NCBI GenBank assembly: GCA_012962735.1
Contig: DTXA01000513.1
Location: 1 to 35,314, forward strand
Direction: 5' to 3'
DNA: 35,314 bases
DNA from: Candidatus Latescibacterota bacterium
GTDB lineage: Bacteria > Latescibacterota > 4484-107 > B68-G9
Shown: piece after piece, positions 17,035-25,325 of the stretch
Position numbering within the stretch: position 1 is the first letter of the stretch
Layout: each line of letters begins with the position of its first letter
Notes under the pieces: generated by a model
Databases searched by the model: none
The model's input: only the letters and a program-made list of their open reading frames with translations
What the model was told of the DNA's origin: nothing
Program-made: the position numbers and the translations under genes

Positions 17035-17883
17035 TTGAAGGTACGGGTGCCGGCCAGCACATCCAACCTGGGTCCGGGGCTCGACTGTCTGGGACTTGCC
17101 CTGAAGCTCTACCGGACCTTCGAGGTCTCCCCTGGGGGACCTCCGGCCCCGGAGGGGGACCTGGTGGTCCAGGGGTTGTGCGAGGCATTTCGGAGGGCCG
17201 GAAGGAAGGCCCCCGAGGTTTCGGTGCGTTGGGAGGGGGAGGTCCCCGTGGCCCGCGGTCTGGGCAGCAGCGCGGCCGCGCGGGTGGCAGGACTTATGGC
17301 CGGGAACGGGCTTTTGGGGGAACCATTCTCTAAAGAAGAGCTACTGGATATGGCCGCTGAACTGGAGGGCCATCCGGACAACGCCGCCCCGGCCCTGTTG
17401 GGGGGGCTGGTGGTCGCGGTGAGGACGGAGGGCGGGGTGGTCTGGGTCAGGATGGACCCTCCGGATGGGCTATTTGTAGCCCTGGCGGTCCCGGAGTTCT
17501 CCCTGGACACGGAACGGGCGAGAAAGCTTCTCCCCGGACTGGTGGCCCTGAAGGACGCAGTGTACAACATAAGCCGGGCAGCTCTTCTAGTGGCCGCTTT
17601 AGCCGAAGGAAGATGCGAACTCTTAAGGGAGGCCACGAAGGACCGGCTCCACCAGCCGTACAGGGAGCCACTCGTCCCGGGGTTCGGGGAGGTGTGCCGG
17701 GCGGCCCTCGATGCGGGGGCATGTGGCGTCGCCCTGAGCGGAGCTGGGCCTTCGGTGGTGGCCCTGTGCTTCGACGATGGGTGGAAGGTGGCGAGGGCGA
17801 TGGCAGATGCGTGGGAGAGGTCCGGCGTGCGGGCCGAGCCGATGGCCCTGGAGCCGGACAGAAAGGGCGCGCGGTATGTATGA
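17035..17883 (+). CDS. thrB: Homoserine kinase
   Basis: VPASTSNLGPGLDCLG and the GLGSSAA GHMP-kinase motifs. Length 282 aa. TTG start. Confidence 0.9.
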   Translation: MKVRVPASTSNLGPGLDCLGLALKLYRTFEVSPGGPPAPEGDLVVQGLCEAFRRAGRKAPEVSVRWEGEVPVARGLGSSAAARVAGLMAGNGLLGEPFSKEELLDMAAELEGHPDNAAPALLGGLVVAVRTEGGVVWVRMDPPDGLFVALAVPEFSLDTERARKLLPGLVALKDAVYNISRAALLVAALAEGRCELLREATKDRLHQPYREPLVPGFGEVCRAALDAGACGVALSGAGPSVVALCFDDGWKVARAMADAWERSGVRAEPMALEPDRKGARYV

Positions 17884-19249
17884 CTTTAAGGGCAAAAGCG
17901 TCCTAATCGTGGGCCTCGGACTGTTCGGGGGAGGTGTGGGGGCGGTCCGGTTCTTCGTGCGGAAGGGAGCGGAGGTGACGGTCACGGACCTCAAATCCCG
18001 AGGTGAGCTCGTGGAGACGGTCGAGGCCCTCTCGGACCTTCCAGTGCACTTTGTGCTCGGTGGACACCGGGAGGAGGACTTCCGGAACTCAGACATAGTG
18101 GTACCCGGCCCCGCAGTGCACCCGGATTCGCCGCACCTCAAGGCCGCGAGGGAGGCGGGGGTTCCAGTCGTCTGGCGGGACAACCTGCTCTTCCTGCTGT
18201 GCCGTGCCCCGATCATAGGGGTCACCGGCTCCAACGGCAAGTCCACCGCAACGAGCCTGTTGGGCGACATCCTAGTCCACCACGACCCCCGCACCCTTGT
18301 GGGCGGCAACCTGGGGGGGTCTCTTTTGGAGGAGGTAGAGAACGTTCCCGAAGACGTGCCTGTCGTGCTGGAGCTCTCAAGCTTCCAGTTGGAGGCCCTG
18401 ACCGAGGTCCGGAGGAGCCCCCACATCGCCGTAGTATTGAACTTTTCCCCCGACCATCTGGACCGACACGGCACGCTGAGGGCCTACGCCGAGGCCAAGC
18501 GCAATATCCTGAGGTTCCAGGGGCCGGAGGACCTTGCCGTGCTCAACCAAGACGACCCCGAGGTCCGATGTTGGGGGAAGGGACATCCGGGGAAGGTATG
18601 GGGGTTCTCCGCTGAAAGGCCGGTAGAGGGGGTGTTCTTGCGGGATGGAAAGGTATGGGGAAGGAGAAATGGGGAGGAGGTGGTCCTCTTTGAACGGGAC
18701 GACTTAGCCCTGCCCGGCCTCCACAACCTGTACAACGCCATGGCCGCCTCCGCTGCCGCCTGGGCCTGGGGGGTCCCGCCGGAGACCATCCGGGAAGAGG
18801 TCCGGGCTTTTAGGGGCCTGGAGCACAGGTTGGAATTCGTGCGGGAGGTGAGGGGGGTGCGGTACTACAACGACTCCAAAGCCACGACCCCGGAGGCGAC
18901 GTTGGCGGCTATTCGGGCGTTCGGGGAAGGTGTGGTGCTCATCGCCGGCGGATACGACAAGAAGCTCCCCTTGGACGAACTGGCCGGGGAGATAGCCCAC
19001 AGGGCCAAGGCTGCGGTGTTCATGGGCCAGACAGGGTCACTTCTCGCCCGGCTGGTGGAGGAAGCCGGAGGGGAAAGTCGCCCCCGGGTGCGACTCTGCG
19101 CATCCCTGGAGGAGGCGGTGGACGAGGCCAGCCGTCTGGCTGGACCGGGCGACGTGGTGGTGCTCTCCCCTGCCTGCGCCAGCTACGATATGTTCCGCAA
19201 CTACGAGGAGCGCGGGAAGAAGTTCAAAGATCTCGTGATGGCTCTGTGA
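17876..19249 (+). CDS. murD: UDP-N-acetylmuramoyl-L-alanine--D-glutamate ligase
   Basis: MYDFKGKSVLIVGLGLFGGG N-terminus, GVTGSNGKST P-loop, and the DSKATTPEA and SPACASYDMFRNYEERG motifs. Start moved to ATG 17876, which overlaps the thrB stop (ATGTATGA). Confidence 0.9.
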   Translation: MYDFKGKSVLIVGLGLFGGGVGAVRFFVRKGAEVTVTDLKSRGELVETVEALSDLPVHFVLGGHREEDFRNSDIVVPGPAVHPDSPHLKAAREAGVPVVWRDNLLFLLCRAPIIGVTGSNGKSTATSLLGDILVHHDPRTLVGGNLGGSLLEEVENVPEDVPVVLELSSFQLEALTEVRRSPHIAVVLNFSPDHLDRHGTLRAYAEAKRNILRFQGPEDLAVLNQDDPEVRCWGKGHPGKVWGFSAERPVEGVFLRDGKVWGRRNGEEVVLFERDDLALPGLHNLYNAMAASAAAWAWGVPPETIREEVRAFRGLEHRLEFVREVRGVRYYNDSKATTPEATLAAIRAFGEGVVLIAGGYDKKLPLDELAGEIAHRAKAAVFMGQTGSLLARLVEEAGGESRPRVRLCASLEEAVDEASRLAGPGDVVVLSPACASYDMFRNYEERGKKFKDLVMAL

Positions 19250-20265
19250 TATCCGTAGACGGCTCATACGGGGAAGCCGGGGGTCAGATCCTCCGCACTG
19301 CCGTGGCCCTCTCGGCCGCTACCGGGATACCCTGTCGCATCCACGACATCCGCCGGGGCAGGCCCAACCCCGGCCTCCGCCCACAACACCTCTTTGGACT
19401 CCGTGCGGCAGCCCAGATGTGCGGTGCGGAAGTAGAGGGAGACCGGGTGGGCTCCTCCGGAGTAACCTTCCGCCCCAAGTCCGTCCGTCCGGGCTCCTAC
19501 CGGGTGGACGTGAGCACGGCCGGCGCCGTAACACTCGTGCTTCAAACCCTCCTTCCCATAGCCGCCCAGGCAGGTGGAGAGGTATTCTTGGATCTCACCG
19601 GTGGCACCTGCGTGGCCTGGAGTCCCACCGTGGGGTACTTCCGGGACGTGTTCTGTTGGTACCTGAACCGCCTCGGAATATCTGTGAAAGTAAAGTTCAT
19701 CCGTCACGGCTTTTACCCCAAGGGCGGGGGCAGGGTACAGGTCAGAGTGAAACCGGGAGAGCTCGATAAGGTGTGCTTCGTAGAAAGAGGGGAGCCCAAG
19801 GGGATATATGCGGAGAGCATAGCCTCCGAACACCTCCGCAAGGCCCAAGTGGCAGAGCGCCAGGCCGAGGCGTTCTTAAAGTCCTTCCCGGACGCCGAGG
19901 TAAAGGTCTCCTATGTAGAAGCCCTCAGTTCGGGCTCCTGCCTGCACGCCTGGGCGAGGTACACCGGAGGAACACTGGGAGGGGACGCCTTGGGGGAGCG
20001 GGGCAAACGGTCAGAACAAGTCGGAAGGGAGGCCGCGGAGCTTCTGAAGGCCCAGGTCGACTCCGGGGCACCCTTGGACGAATGGATGGGGGACCAGATA
20101 CTCCCCTTTATGGCCTTTTCGGCTTTACACCACAAGGGGGAAATGGAAGTCAGGGTCTCCCGTGTGACCGAGCACACCTGGACCAACATCTGGGTTATAG
20201 GACACTTCCTTTCTGTTCGCTTCATCGCGGAAGGAGACAGGATCATATGCGAGCCCGGGGAGTGA
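19246..20265 (+). CDS. rtcA: RNA 3'-terminal phosphate cyclase
   Basis: IDGSYGEAGGQILRTAVALSA...RPNPGLRPQHL and the C-terminal TEHTWTNIWVI are the RtcA signature. The GTG start overlaps the murD stop (GTGA). Confidence 0.9.
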   Translation: MISVDGSYGEAGGQILRTAVALSAATGIPCRIHDIRRGRPNPGLRPQHLFGLRAAAQMCGAEVEGDRVGSSGVTFRPKSVRPGSYRVDVSTAGAVTLVLQTLLPIAAQAGGEVFLDLTGGTCVAWSPTVGYFRDVFCWYLNRLGISVKVKFIRHGFYPKGGGRVQVRVKPGELDKVCFVERGEPKGIYAESIASEHLRKAQVAERQAEAFLKSFPDAEVKVSYVEALSSGSCLHAWARYTGGTLGGDALGERGKRSEQVGREAAELLKAQVDSGAPLDEWMGDQILPFMAFSALHHKGEMEVRVSRVTEHTWTNIWVIGHFLSVRFIAEGDRIICEPGE

Positions 20266-20380
20266 TTCTATAAAAGCCGAATTTTTCTTGACGAAAGCGA
20301 GAAGATGTGACATCTTGCCGAATCAAAGACACAGCCTTTCCACGACGGATTATAGGTGCGAAGCGGGTACCTACGGGGAA

Positions 20381-20435
20381 GGGCCGGCGCCGTTTGGACC
20401 TGTGGGGTAAGCCTGAGGGTCGGCTCTTTTCTTTT
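20381..20435 (+). terminator. Terminator-like stem followed by a T-run inside the 250-nt non-coding region
   Basis: GGGCCGGC (20381-20388) can pair with GTCGGCTC (20419-20426), using two G-U pairs. TTTTCTTTT (20427-20435) follows. The 30-nt loop is atypically large. Confidence 0.3.
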
Positions 20436-20522
20436 GACCCAAGACCGGCGATAGAGGGATAGATATGGTCCGAGTTGTGGAGCTTCTCTCTCCCGGGGAA
20501 TCTATAAGAGGAGGTGATTTCT

Positions 20523-21062
20523 TTGAAAAAGGCGGTGCTTGTGTTTCTCCTTGCGGCGTGCGGAGCAGGGCCCGAGATGCCTCCTTTTGTGGGTAAGTGG
20601 ATATCGAAAGATGCCCTTGTGGATACCGCAATGGTAGCTCGTAGGGTAGGCGACAGGGTGATAGGAGAATTTATACCCTATGCTGTAGAGAGGACCTACA
20701 TCCTCAACATAAAGCCCGGTGGTACATACGGGAGTTTTATCCTACACAGGTTGTACGGAACAGAGGATATGGGATGGAGAGAACCTTTCGACGAAACCTA
20801 CTGGATCACCTGGAGGGGCAGGTGGTATCAGAGCGGGACTATACTTAGGTTTGTCATAGAAAGTGTGGAGAGATGGGGCAGGTGGTCGGTGTATGCAGGC
20901 AATGAGTACTCGGTCTGGTGGGAGAGGAAGGAGGACACTCTTGTCTTCCTGTGGAGGGACGACAGCGGCTATTTCAGCGAGGAGGGATATCGTAGGGTGT
21001 ATCACAGGCTTGAGGAAGACCTGCCGGTGGTATCGCTGCTTAAGAGGGCCTGGGGACGATGA
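20523..21062 (+). CDS. Hypothetical lipoprotein
   Basis: TTG 20523 gives MKKAVLVFLLAACG, a lipobox (L-A-A-C), with GGAGGTGA 6 nt upstream. The mature part is Trp/Arg-rich and I recognise no family. Confidence 0.6.
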   Translation: MKKAVLVFLLAACGAGPEMPPFVGKWISKDALVDTAMVARRVGDRVIGEFIPYAVERTYILNIKPGGTYGSFILHRLYGTEDMGWREPFDETYWITWRGRWYQSGTILRFVIESVERWGRWSVYAGNEYSVWWERKEDTLVFLWRDDSGYFSEEGYRRVYHRLEEDLPVVSLLKRAWGR

Positions 21063-21165
21063 GAATACTGGGCAACAAGGAACTTCGGCGTTTTATGCCG
21101 GTTTATCGAGCGTCAAAGGCCGAAGACCGACAACTGATGTGGACTCCTCCAAGCTCTTGCTGGAC

Positions 21166-22122
21166 TTACTCCTCCGGGGAGGCCAGGGGCTTCAGGCGCG
21201 AGGAAAGCTCCCTCAAAGCCCCGAAGAGGCCCTGGGGTGCGAAAAGCATTATGCCCAGCAATATTCCCCCGTACACCAAGATGTCGTAATCCCTGAAGCC
21301 CCGGAGCACCTCGGGCAGAAGCCCCAGCAGCACGGCACCCATCACAGCCCCCCACACCGAGGAGAGCCCCCCGACCACCACCATGGCCACGAACAATATA
21401 GAGGCCTTCAGGCCGAAGGAGCTGGGGCTGATGAAGGTGACGAAGTGGGCGTAGAAGCTACCGGCCAGGCAGGCCAGGAGCGCGCTCCACACGAAAGCCT
21501 GTAGCTTGTACCGGGCCACATGCACCCCGACAGAGCTGGCGGCCACCTCCCCGGTGTGGAGCGTGCGCAGGGCCCGGCCCACCCGAGAATGGATCAGGTT
21601 GAGGGTGAGCATAAGGGCCAGAAGGGCGAAGGCCCATACGGTCACATAACAGGCTCGAGGGTCTTCTATCACCAGGGACTCCACCCCAAGCCTGGGTATA
21701 CCTCCGAACCCGGACGGTCCTCCCGTAAGGGAGACAGAGGCGTTGAGGAAGATGTACACGACCTCACCAAACCCCAAGGTGGCCATAGCTAAGTAATGTC
21801 CCCGGAGCCTCAAGGTGGGCAGGCCCACTGAGAGGGCCAACAGGGCAGCCAAAACCAGGGCGACCAGGAGCGCAGGGATGGGGTGGAACCCCCATCTCGT
21901 GGTCGACAGACCAGAGGTGTAAGCGCCGACGGCGAAGAACGCTGCATGGCCTAAGGATATCTGACCGGCGTACCCCATAAGGAGGCTGAGGCCCGTGGCG
22001 ATGAGCACGTACATCCCCACGAAGGTGAGGACGCCCAGGTAGTAAGGGTTCCCCACGAGCACGGCGGAAAGCCCGATCGCTCCAGCCAAGATGGCCAACC
22101 CTATGCGGTCTCCCTTATCCAT
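21166..22122 (-). CDS. Branched-chain amino acid ABC transporter permease, LivM-like
   Basis: LMGYAGQISLGHAAFFAVGAY is the LivM/LivH signature. The protein has multiple hydrophobic helices and is 318 aa long. Confidence 0.8.
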   Translation of the reverse strand: MDKGDRIGLAILAGAIGLSAVLVGNPYYLGVLTFVGMYVLIATGLSLLMGYAGQISLGHAAFFAVGAYTSGLSTTRWGFHPIPALLVALVLAALLALSVGLPTLRLRGHYLAMATLGFGEVVYIFLNASVSLTGGPSGFGGIPRLGVESLVIEDPRACYVTVWAFALLALMLTLNLIHSRVGRALRTLHTGEVAASSVGVHVARYKLQAFVWSALLACLAGSFYAHFVTFISPSSFGLKASILFVAMVVVGGLSSVWGAVMGAVLLGLLPEVLRGFRDYDILVYGGILLGIMLFAPQGLFGALRELSSRLKPLASPEE

Positions 22123-22139
22123 CGCTCTCCGTGTACCTC

Positions 22140-22186
22140 AGACCGAGAAACGGTCGTTTACTTCAAAGGGGCCTCTCTTTCGGTCT
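22140..22186 (-). other. Imperfect intercistronic stem-loop between the ABC permease stop and the livM-like start
   Basis: Minus-strand AGACCGAAAGA...TTTCTCGGTCT gives an 11-position stem with one mismatch and one G-U pair and a 25-nt loop. The SD GGAGAG and the ATG follow. Confidence 0.3.
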
Positions 22187-22228
22187 AATACAAACCAACT
22201 GGAGACCTCAGGGGTTATATTTAAGAGG

Positions 22229-23068
22229 CTATCCCTTAAGCCCGGCTCGGGCCATACTCTCGATGAAGTACCGCTGGAAGAAGACATAGGCCAGAAGAAT
22301 GGGTACGGCAAGCAAGGTAGCCGCCGCAAGTTTGGGCCCCAGCAGTGCCTCCGACCGTCCGCTGACCGCAAAGAGGGCCACCACCTGGGGCATAGTCATC
22401 AGCTTTGGCTCCCGGATCACGATCAGCGGCCAGAGGACCTCGTTCCAGCTGGCCATGAAGGTAAGGATACCCACAGTGACCATAGCGGGCCGCGCCAAAG
22501 GCCAGACGATCCTGAACAGGATCGTCAGCTCGCCGCAGCCGTCGATCCTGGCCGCATCTATCAGGTCTTGGGGGATGCTCCGGAAGAACTGCCGGAACAG
22601 GAAGATGCCGAAAGCGCTGACCATACCGGGTACGATCAAGGCCAGGTACGTGTCCACCCACCGAAACTTGACCATGAGCACATAGGTGGGTATCAAAGTG
22701 AGCTGGAACGGGACCATCATGGTAAACAGGACCACCCCGAAGATAAGTTCCCCTCCCCGGAACCTCAGCCGCGATAGGGCGTATCCGATCATCGAGCCGA
22801 AGACCAGTACCGAGACGGTGATAGTCAGCGCCACGAACAGGCTGTTGAAGAAGGATCGACCGATGGGGGTCCGTTCCAGGACCATCCGATAGCTGGCCAG
22901 GGTCCAGTTGTGGGGAACCAGGCCGAGGCTCGGGATTTCCACCTCGGGCTTGAACGTGGCCGCCACCATCCAGAGGAACGGATACAGAAAGATCAGGCCC
23001 CCGGCCAGTAACACGGCATACAGCAACAATCTGGAAAGTTCCCGAAGTTGTCCCATATATATCTCCAA
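22229..23068 (-). CDS. Carbohydrate ABC transporter permease (MalG/UgpE-like)
   Basis: FLYPFLWMVAATFK N-terminus and an EAA-type loop (DLIDAARIDGCGELTILFRIVWPLARP). Confidence 0.85.
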   Translation of the reverse strand: MEIYMGQLRELSRLLLYAVLLAGGLIFLYPFLWMVAATFKPEVEIPSLGLVPHNWTLASYRMVLERTPIGRSFFNSLFVALTITVSVLVFGSMIGYALSRLRFRGGELIFGVVLFTMMVPFQLTLIPTYVLMVKFRWVDTYLALIVPGMVSAFGIFLFRQFFRSIPQDLIDAARIDGCGELTILFRIVWPLARPAMVTVGILTFMASWNEVLWPLIVIREPKLMTMPQVVALFAVSGRSEALLGPKLAAATLLAVPILLAYVFFQRYFIESMARAGLKG

Positions 23069-23119
23069 GGGCCCCTAAAAAGTATCTGAGCGGAGCGAAG
23101 AACTCTTCGGGGCTGTATA
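23069..23119 (-). repeat. Stem-loop leader module, copy A (malF-like / malG-like intercistronic)
   Basis: Minus strand: TATACAGCCCCGAAGAGTTCTTCGCTCCGCTCAGATACTTTTTAGGGGCCCTTGGAGATATATATG. The hairpin arms lie within 23072-23112. It is near-identical to copy B at 34361-34429. Confidence 0.7.
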
Positions 23120-23126
23120 CCCCTCC

Positions 23127-24023
23127 TCATACGTAGACCTCACGTTCCACGAAACGACGCTGAAGTGCCACCACTGCGAATATAATCACGGCGAACACGA
23201 ACCCGAGCGTGGCCGCATAACCCATTCTGTAAAAATAGAAGGCTTGCTTGTAAATGTAAAGAACCGCCGAAAGGGTGGAGTTGAGAGGTCCTCCACCCGT
23301 CATCATGTACGGTTCTATGAACAGTGAGAAACCGCCGATGGTCGAGAGCACCAGGACGAGCACCACGACCGGGTTGAGCATGGGCAACGTTATATGCCAG
23401 AACATCCGCCAACGGGAAGCTCCGTCCAGCTCGGCTGCCTCGTATAGATCGGGAGAGATCCCCTGGAGTCCCGCTAAGAACAGGACGATATAAAGGCCCA
23501 CGTTCTTCCAGGTGGCCATCAGCGCTATGGAGGGCATAGCCCAATAGGGGCTGGAGAGCCATGGGACTCTCCCCAATCCCAGCTTCGTCAAAATGCCATT
23601 GAGGAGCCCGGTCTCCTCGGCGTAGAGATGCTGCCAGAGGATCGTCACAACGACGCCGGATACTACCACCGGGGCGAAGTAGGCCGCTCGAAAGAAGCCC
23701 CTGAGACGAATCCTACTGTTTAGAAGCTCTGCGAAGAAGAGGGCCACAGCGATCTGGAGGGGGATGTGGATGGCCAAGAAGACCAGCGTGTTCAACAGCG
23801 CCCGAAAGAAGAGGAGGTCCGAGCTAAGCCGGGCGAAGTTGGCGAGTCCCACCCACTTCATAGGGGATACTATGTCCCACTTGTGGAACACCAGCACGAG
23901 GGAAAAACTCAAGGGGTAAGCTATGAACACGAGGAAGTGGAGGCTGTACGGGATGCAGAAGAAGTACCCTATCCTGGCCAATCGCCTTTGCAACCCAGAG
24001 GGCTTTTTCCCATCGGTCCTCAC
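23127..24023 (-). CDS. Carbohydrate ABC transporter permease (MalF/UgpA-like)
   Basis: An EAA loop (LYEAAELDGASRWRMFWHITLPML) and six predicted TM helices. Confidence 0.85.
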   Translation of the reverse strand: MRTDGKKPSGLQRRLARIGYFFCIPYSLHFLVFIAYPLSFSLVLVFHKWDIVSPMKWVGLANFARLSSDLLFFRALLNTLVFLAIHIPLQIAVALFFAELLNSRIRLRGFFRAAYFAPVVVSGVVVTILWQHLYAEETGLLNGILTKLGLGRVPWLSSPYWAMPSIALMATWKNVGLYIVLFLAGLQGISPDLYEAAELDGASRWRMFWHITLPMLNPVVVLVLVLSTIGGFSLFIEPYMMTGGGPLNSTLSAVLYIYKQAFYFYRMGYAATLGFVFAVIIFAVVALQRRFVEREVYV

Positions 24024-24026
24024 CGC

Positions 24027-25325
24027 TCACTCCATCAAGATCTGACGGCACCGCCCAGCGGCGTCCCAGACCCCCTCTTCGGGCGTCTTCGTCCCATAGA
24101 TGCATGCCGCCTCGAACTCCATAGAGATGGCGTCGAAGACCTCCTTGAGCTCCGGCACGGGATCGACCCCTCGGGTATAGAGGACCTGGCGGGCGAAGCG
24201 CTCCATCATAGGGTTGCTCCGGAAGTAGCCGGCGAAACGTGGATCGGTCAGCAGGTCCTTCCGGATGGGGAGCTGGTTGGTCCGCTCCAAGAGCAGCCGG
24301 TCAGCCTCCTCGCTGATGAGGTAACGGGCGAATTCCCAGGCTACCTGTGGGTTTCGGCACGTTGCGAAGATAACTATGTTCTTGGGGTCCCCGTACGTAT
24401 AGAGAGGCCCTTCGTAATCGTCCGGGACGGGGATAGGCATAAAGTCGTACTCGAACCCGGGCGGTCTGTACTTCTCCACGTAAGGGATGCTCCAGGGGCC
24501 GGTGACTTGGGCGGCGATCAGTCCCCTCAAAAAGGCATCCCCCTGGAAGCCCGCCCTGGGGAAGATGCTCCTCCTGAACCCCTCCTGGAAGAACCGGAAC
24601 ACGGCCGCAGCCGCCTGGTCATCGAATGCTACCTCCCTACCCCGTAGCAGGGTCCGCCCCCCGGAGGCGGCGATATAGAAGGTGTAGAAGTCGAAGAACC
24701 GTTGCCACCAACGGACGTCGGGATTGACGAACATCATCCACCGGTCGGGCCGGCCGTCCCCGTCCAGGTCTCGGGTCACCCTCTCGCCGGCCTCTAAGAA
24801 CTCCGAATAGGTGCGGGGCACCTTATCTATGCCCGCCTCCCGGAGGAGCTTCTTGTTGTACTGGATAAGGATGGGGTTGGTCTTCCAGGGGATCTGGTAG
24901 AAGCCGCCGTCCAGGGACCGGTACTGCTCTAAGAGGCCCGAGTCCATCCGAGCGGTCATGACGGCGAAAAAATCGGGGAAGGTATCCAGTCGGACAAGCG
25001 CCCGGGCCCTTACGAACTGCTCGACCACGCCCGGCCATATGGCCGAGCAGAGGTCCGGGGTGGTCTTGGCGGCGATAGCCGCCAACAGCACTTCCTCGCT
25101 GGACTGGCTCTCCGGGATGGGCTGGTGGACCACTTGGGCCTCGGGGTGCTCTGCGTTCCACCGGGCAGTGAGCTCCCTGGCCAGCTCGACCTCCTGTACG
25201 TTGGCAGCGGACCAATAGGTCAACCGGACGGGCTCGTTTCCCCGGCCGGCTTGCGAGCACCCGTCGAAACCCAATGCCACGACCTCAAAAGCGACTACAA
25301 GTAGTCCGAGGACCCGTCCCATCAC
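24027..25325 (-). CDS. ABC transporter extracellular solute-binding protein, family 1 (sugar)
   Basis: N-terminal hydrophobic signal with Cys (LGFDGCS), a length of 432 aa, and the typical SBP_bac_1 pattern. The start overlaps the GTPase stop (ATGA). Confidence 0.8.
   Translation of the reverse strand: MMGRVLGLLVVAFEVVALGFDGCSQAGRGNEPVRLTYWSAANVQEVELARELTARWNAEHPEAQVVHQPIPESQSSEEVLLAAIAAKTTPDLCSAIWPGVVEQFVRARALVRLDTFPDFFAVMTARMDSGLLEQYRSLDGGFYQIPWKTNPILIQYNKKLLREAGIDKVPRTYSEFLEAGERVTRDLDGDGRPDRWMMFVNPDVRWWQRFFDFYTFYIAASGGRTLLRGREVAFDDQAAAAVFRFFQEGFRRSIFPRAGFQGDAFLRGLIAAQVTGPWSIPYVEKYRPPGFEYDFMPIPVPDDYEGPLYTYGDPKNIVIFATCRNPQVAWEFARYLISEEADRLLLERTNQLPIRKDLLTDPRFAGYFRSNPMMERFARQVLYTRGVDPVPELKEVFDAISMEFEAACIYGTKTPEEGVWDAAGRCRQILME

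Noticed and set aside
17777-17875. 33-codon N-terminal extension of murD (MGGRWRGRWQ...)
   Set aside because: It lies entirely within the thrB coding region in another frame and is Arg/Gly/Trp-rich. The canonical MurD N-terminus begins at ATG 17876.
17623-18474. 283-aa minus-strand ORF
   Set aside because: It is antisense to thrB and murD. It is Ser/Arg/Pro/Thr-rich with no recognisable domain or SD, so it is a shadow ORF.
20351-20430. Possible cobalamin-type or other riboswitch (GGTGC...GGGAAGGGCC...)
   Set aside because: It has only loose resemblance to short consensus fragments. I could not find a B12 box or a consistent multi-stem architecture by eye. It is retained only as a generic structured-region candidate.
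20371-20631. 86-aa minus-strand ORF across the long intergenic region
   Set aside because: It has no SD, overlaps the lipoprotein start region, and is low in complexity. The region is better explained as non-coding.
20863-21504. 213-aa plus-strand ORF overlapping the lipoprotein 3' end and running antisense to livM
   Set aside because: There is no SD or family resemblance. It overlaps two better-supported genes.
23114-23119. TATACA/TATATA head of the repeated module acting as a sigma70 -10 box (also at 34424-34429)
   Set aside because: No acceptable -35 hexamer lies 16-18 nt upstream in either copy. Copy A sits 12 nt after a stop codon inside an operon. Promoter function cannot be supported from sequence alone.
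23766-24647. 293-aa plus-strand ORF
   Set aside because: It is antisense to the ABC permease and binding-protein genes and has no motifs.
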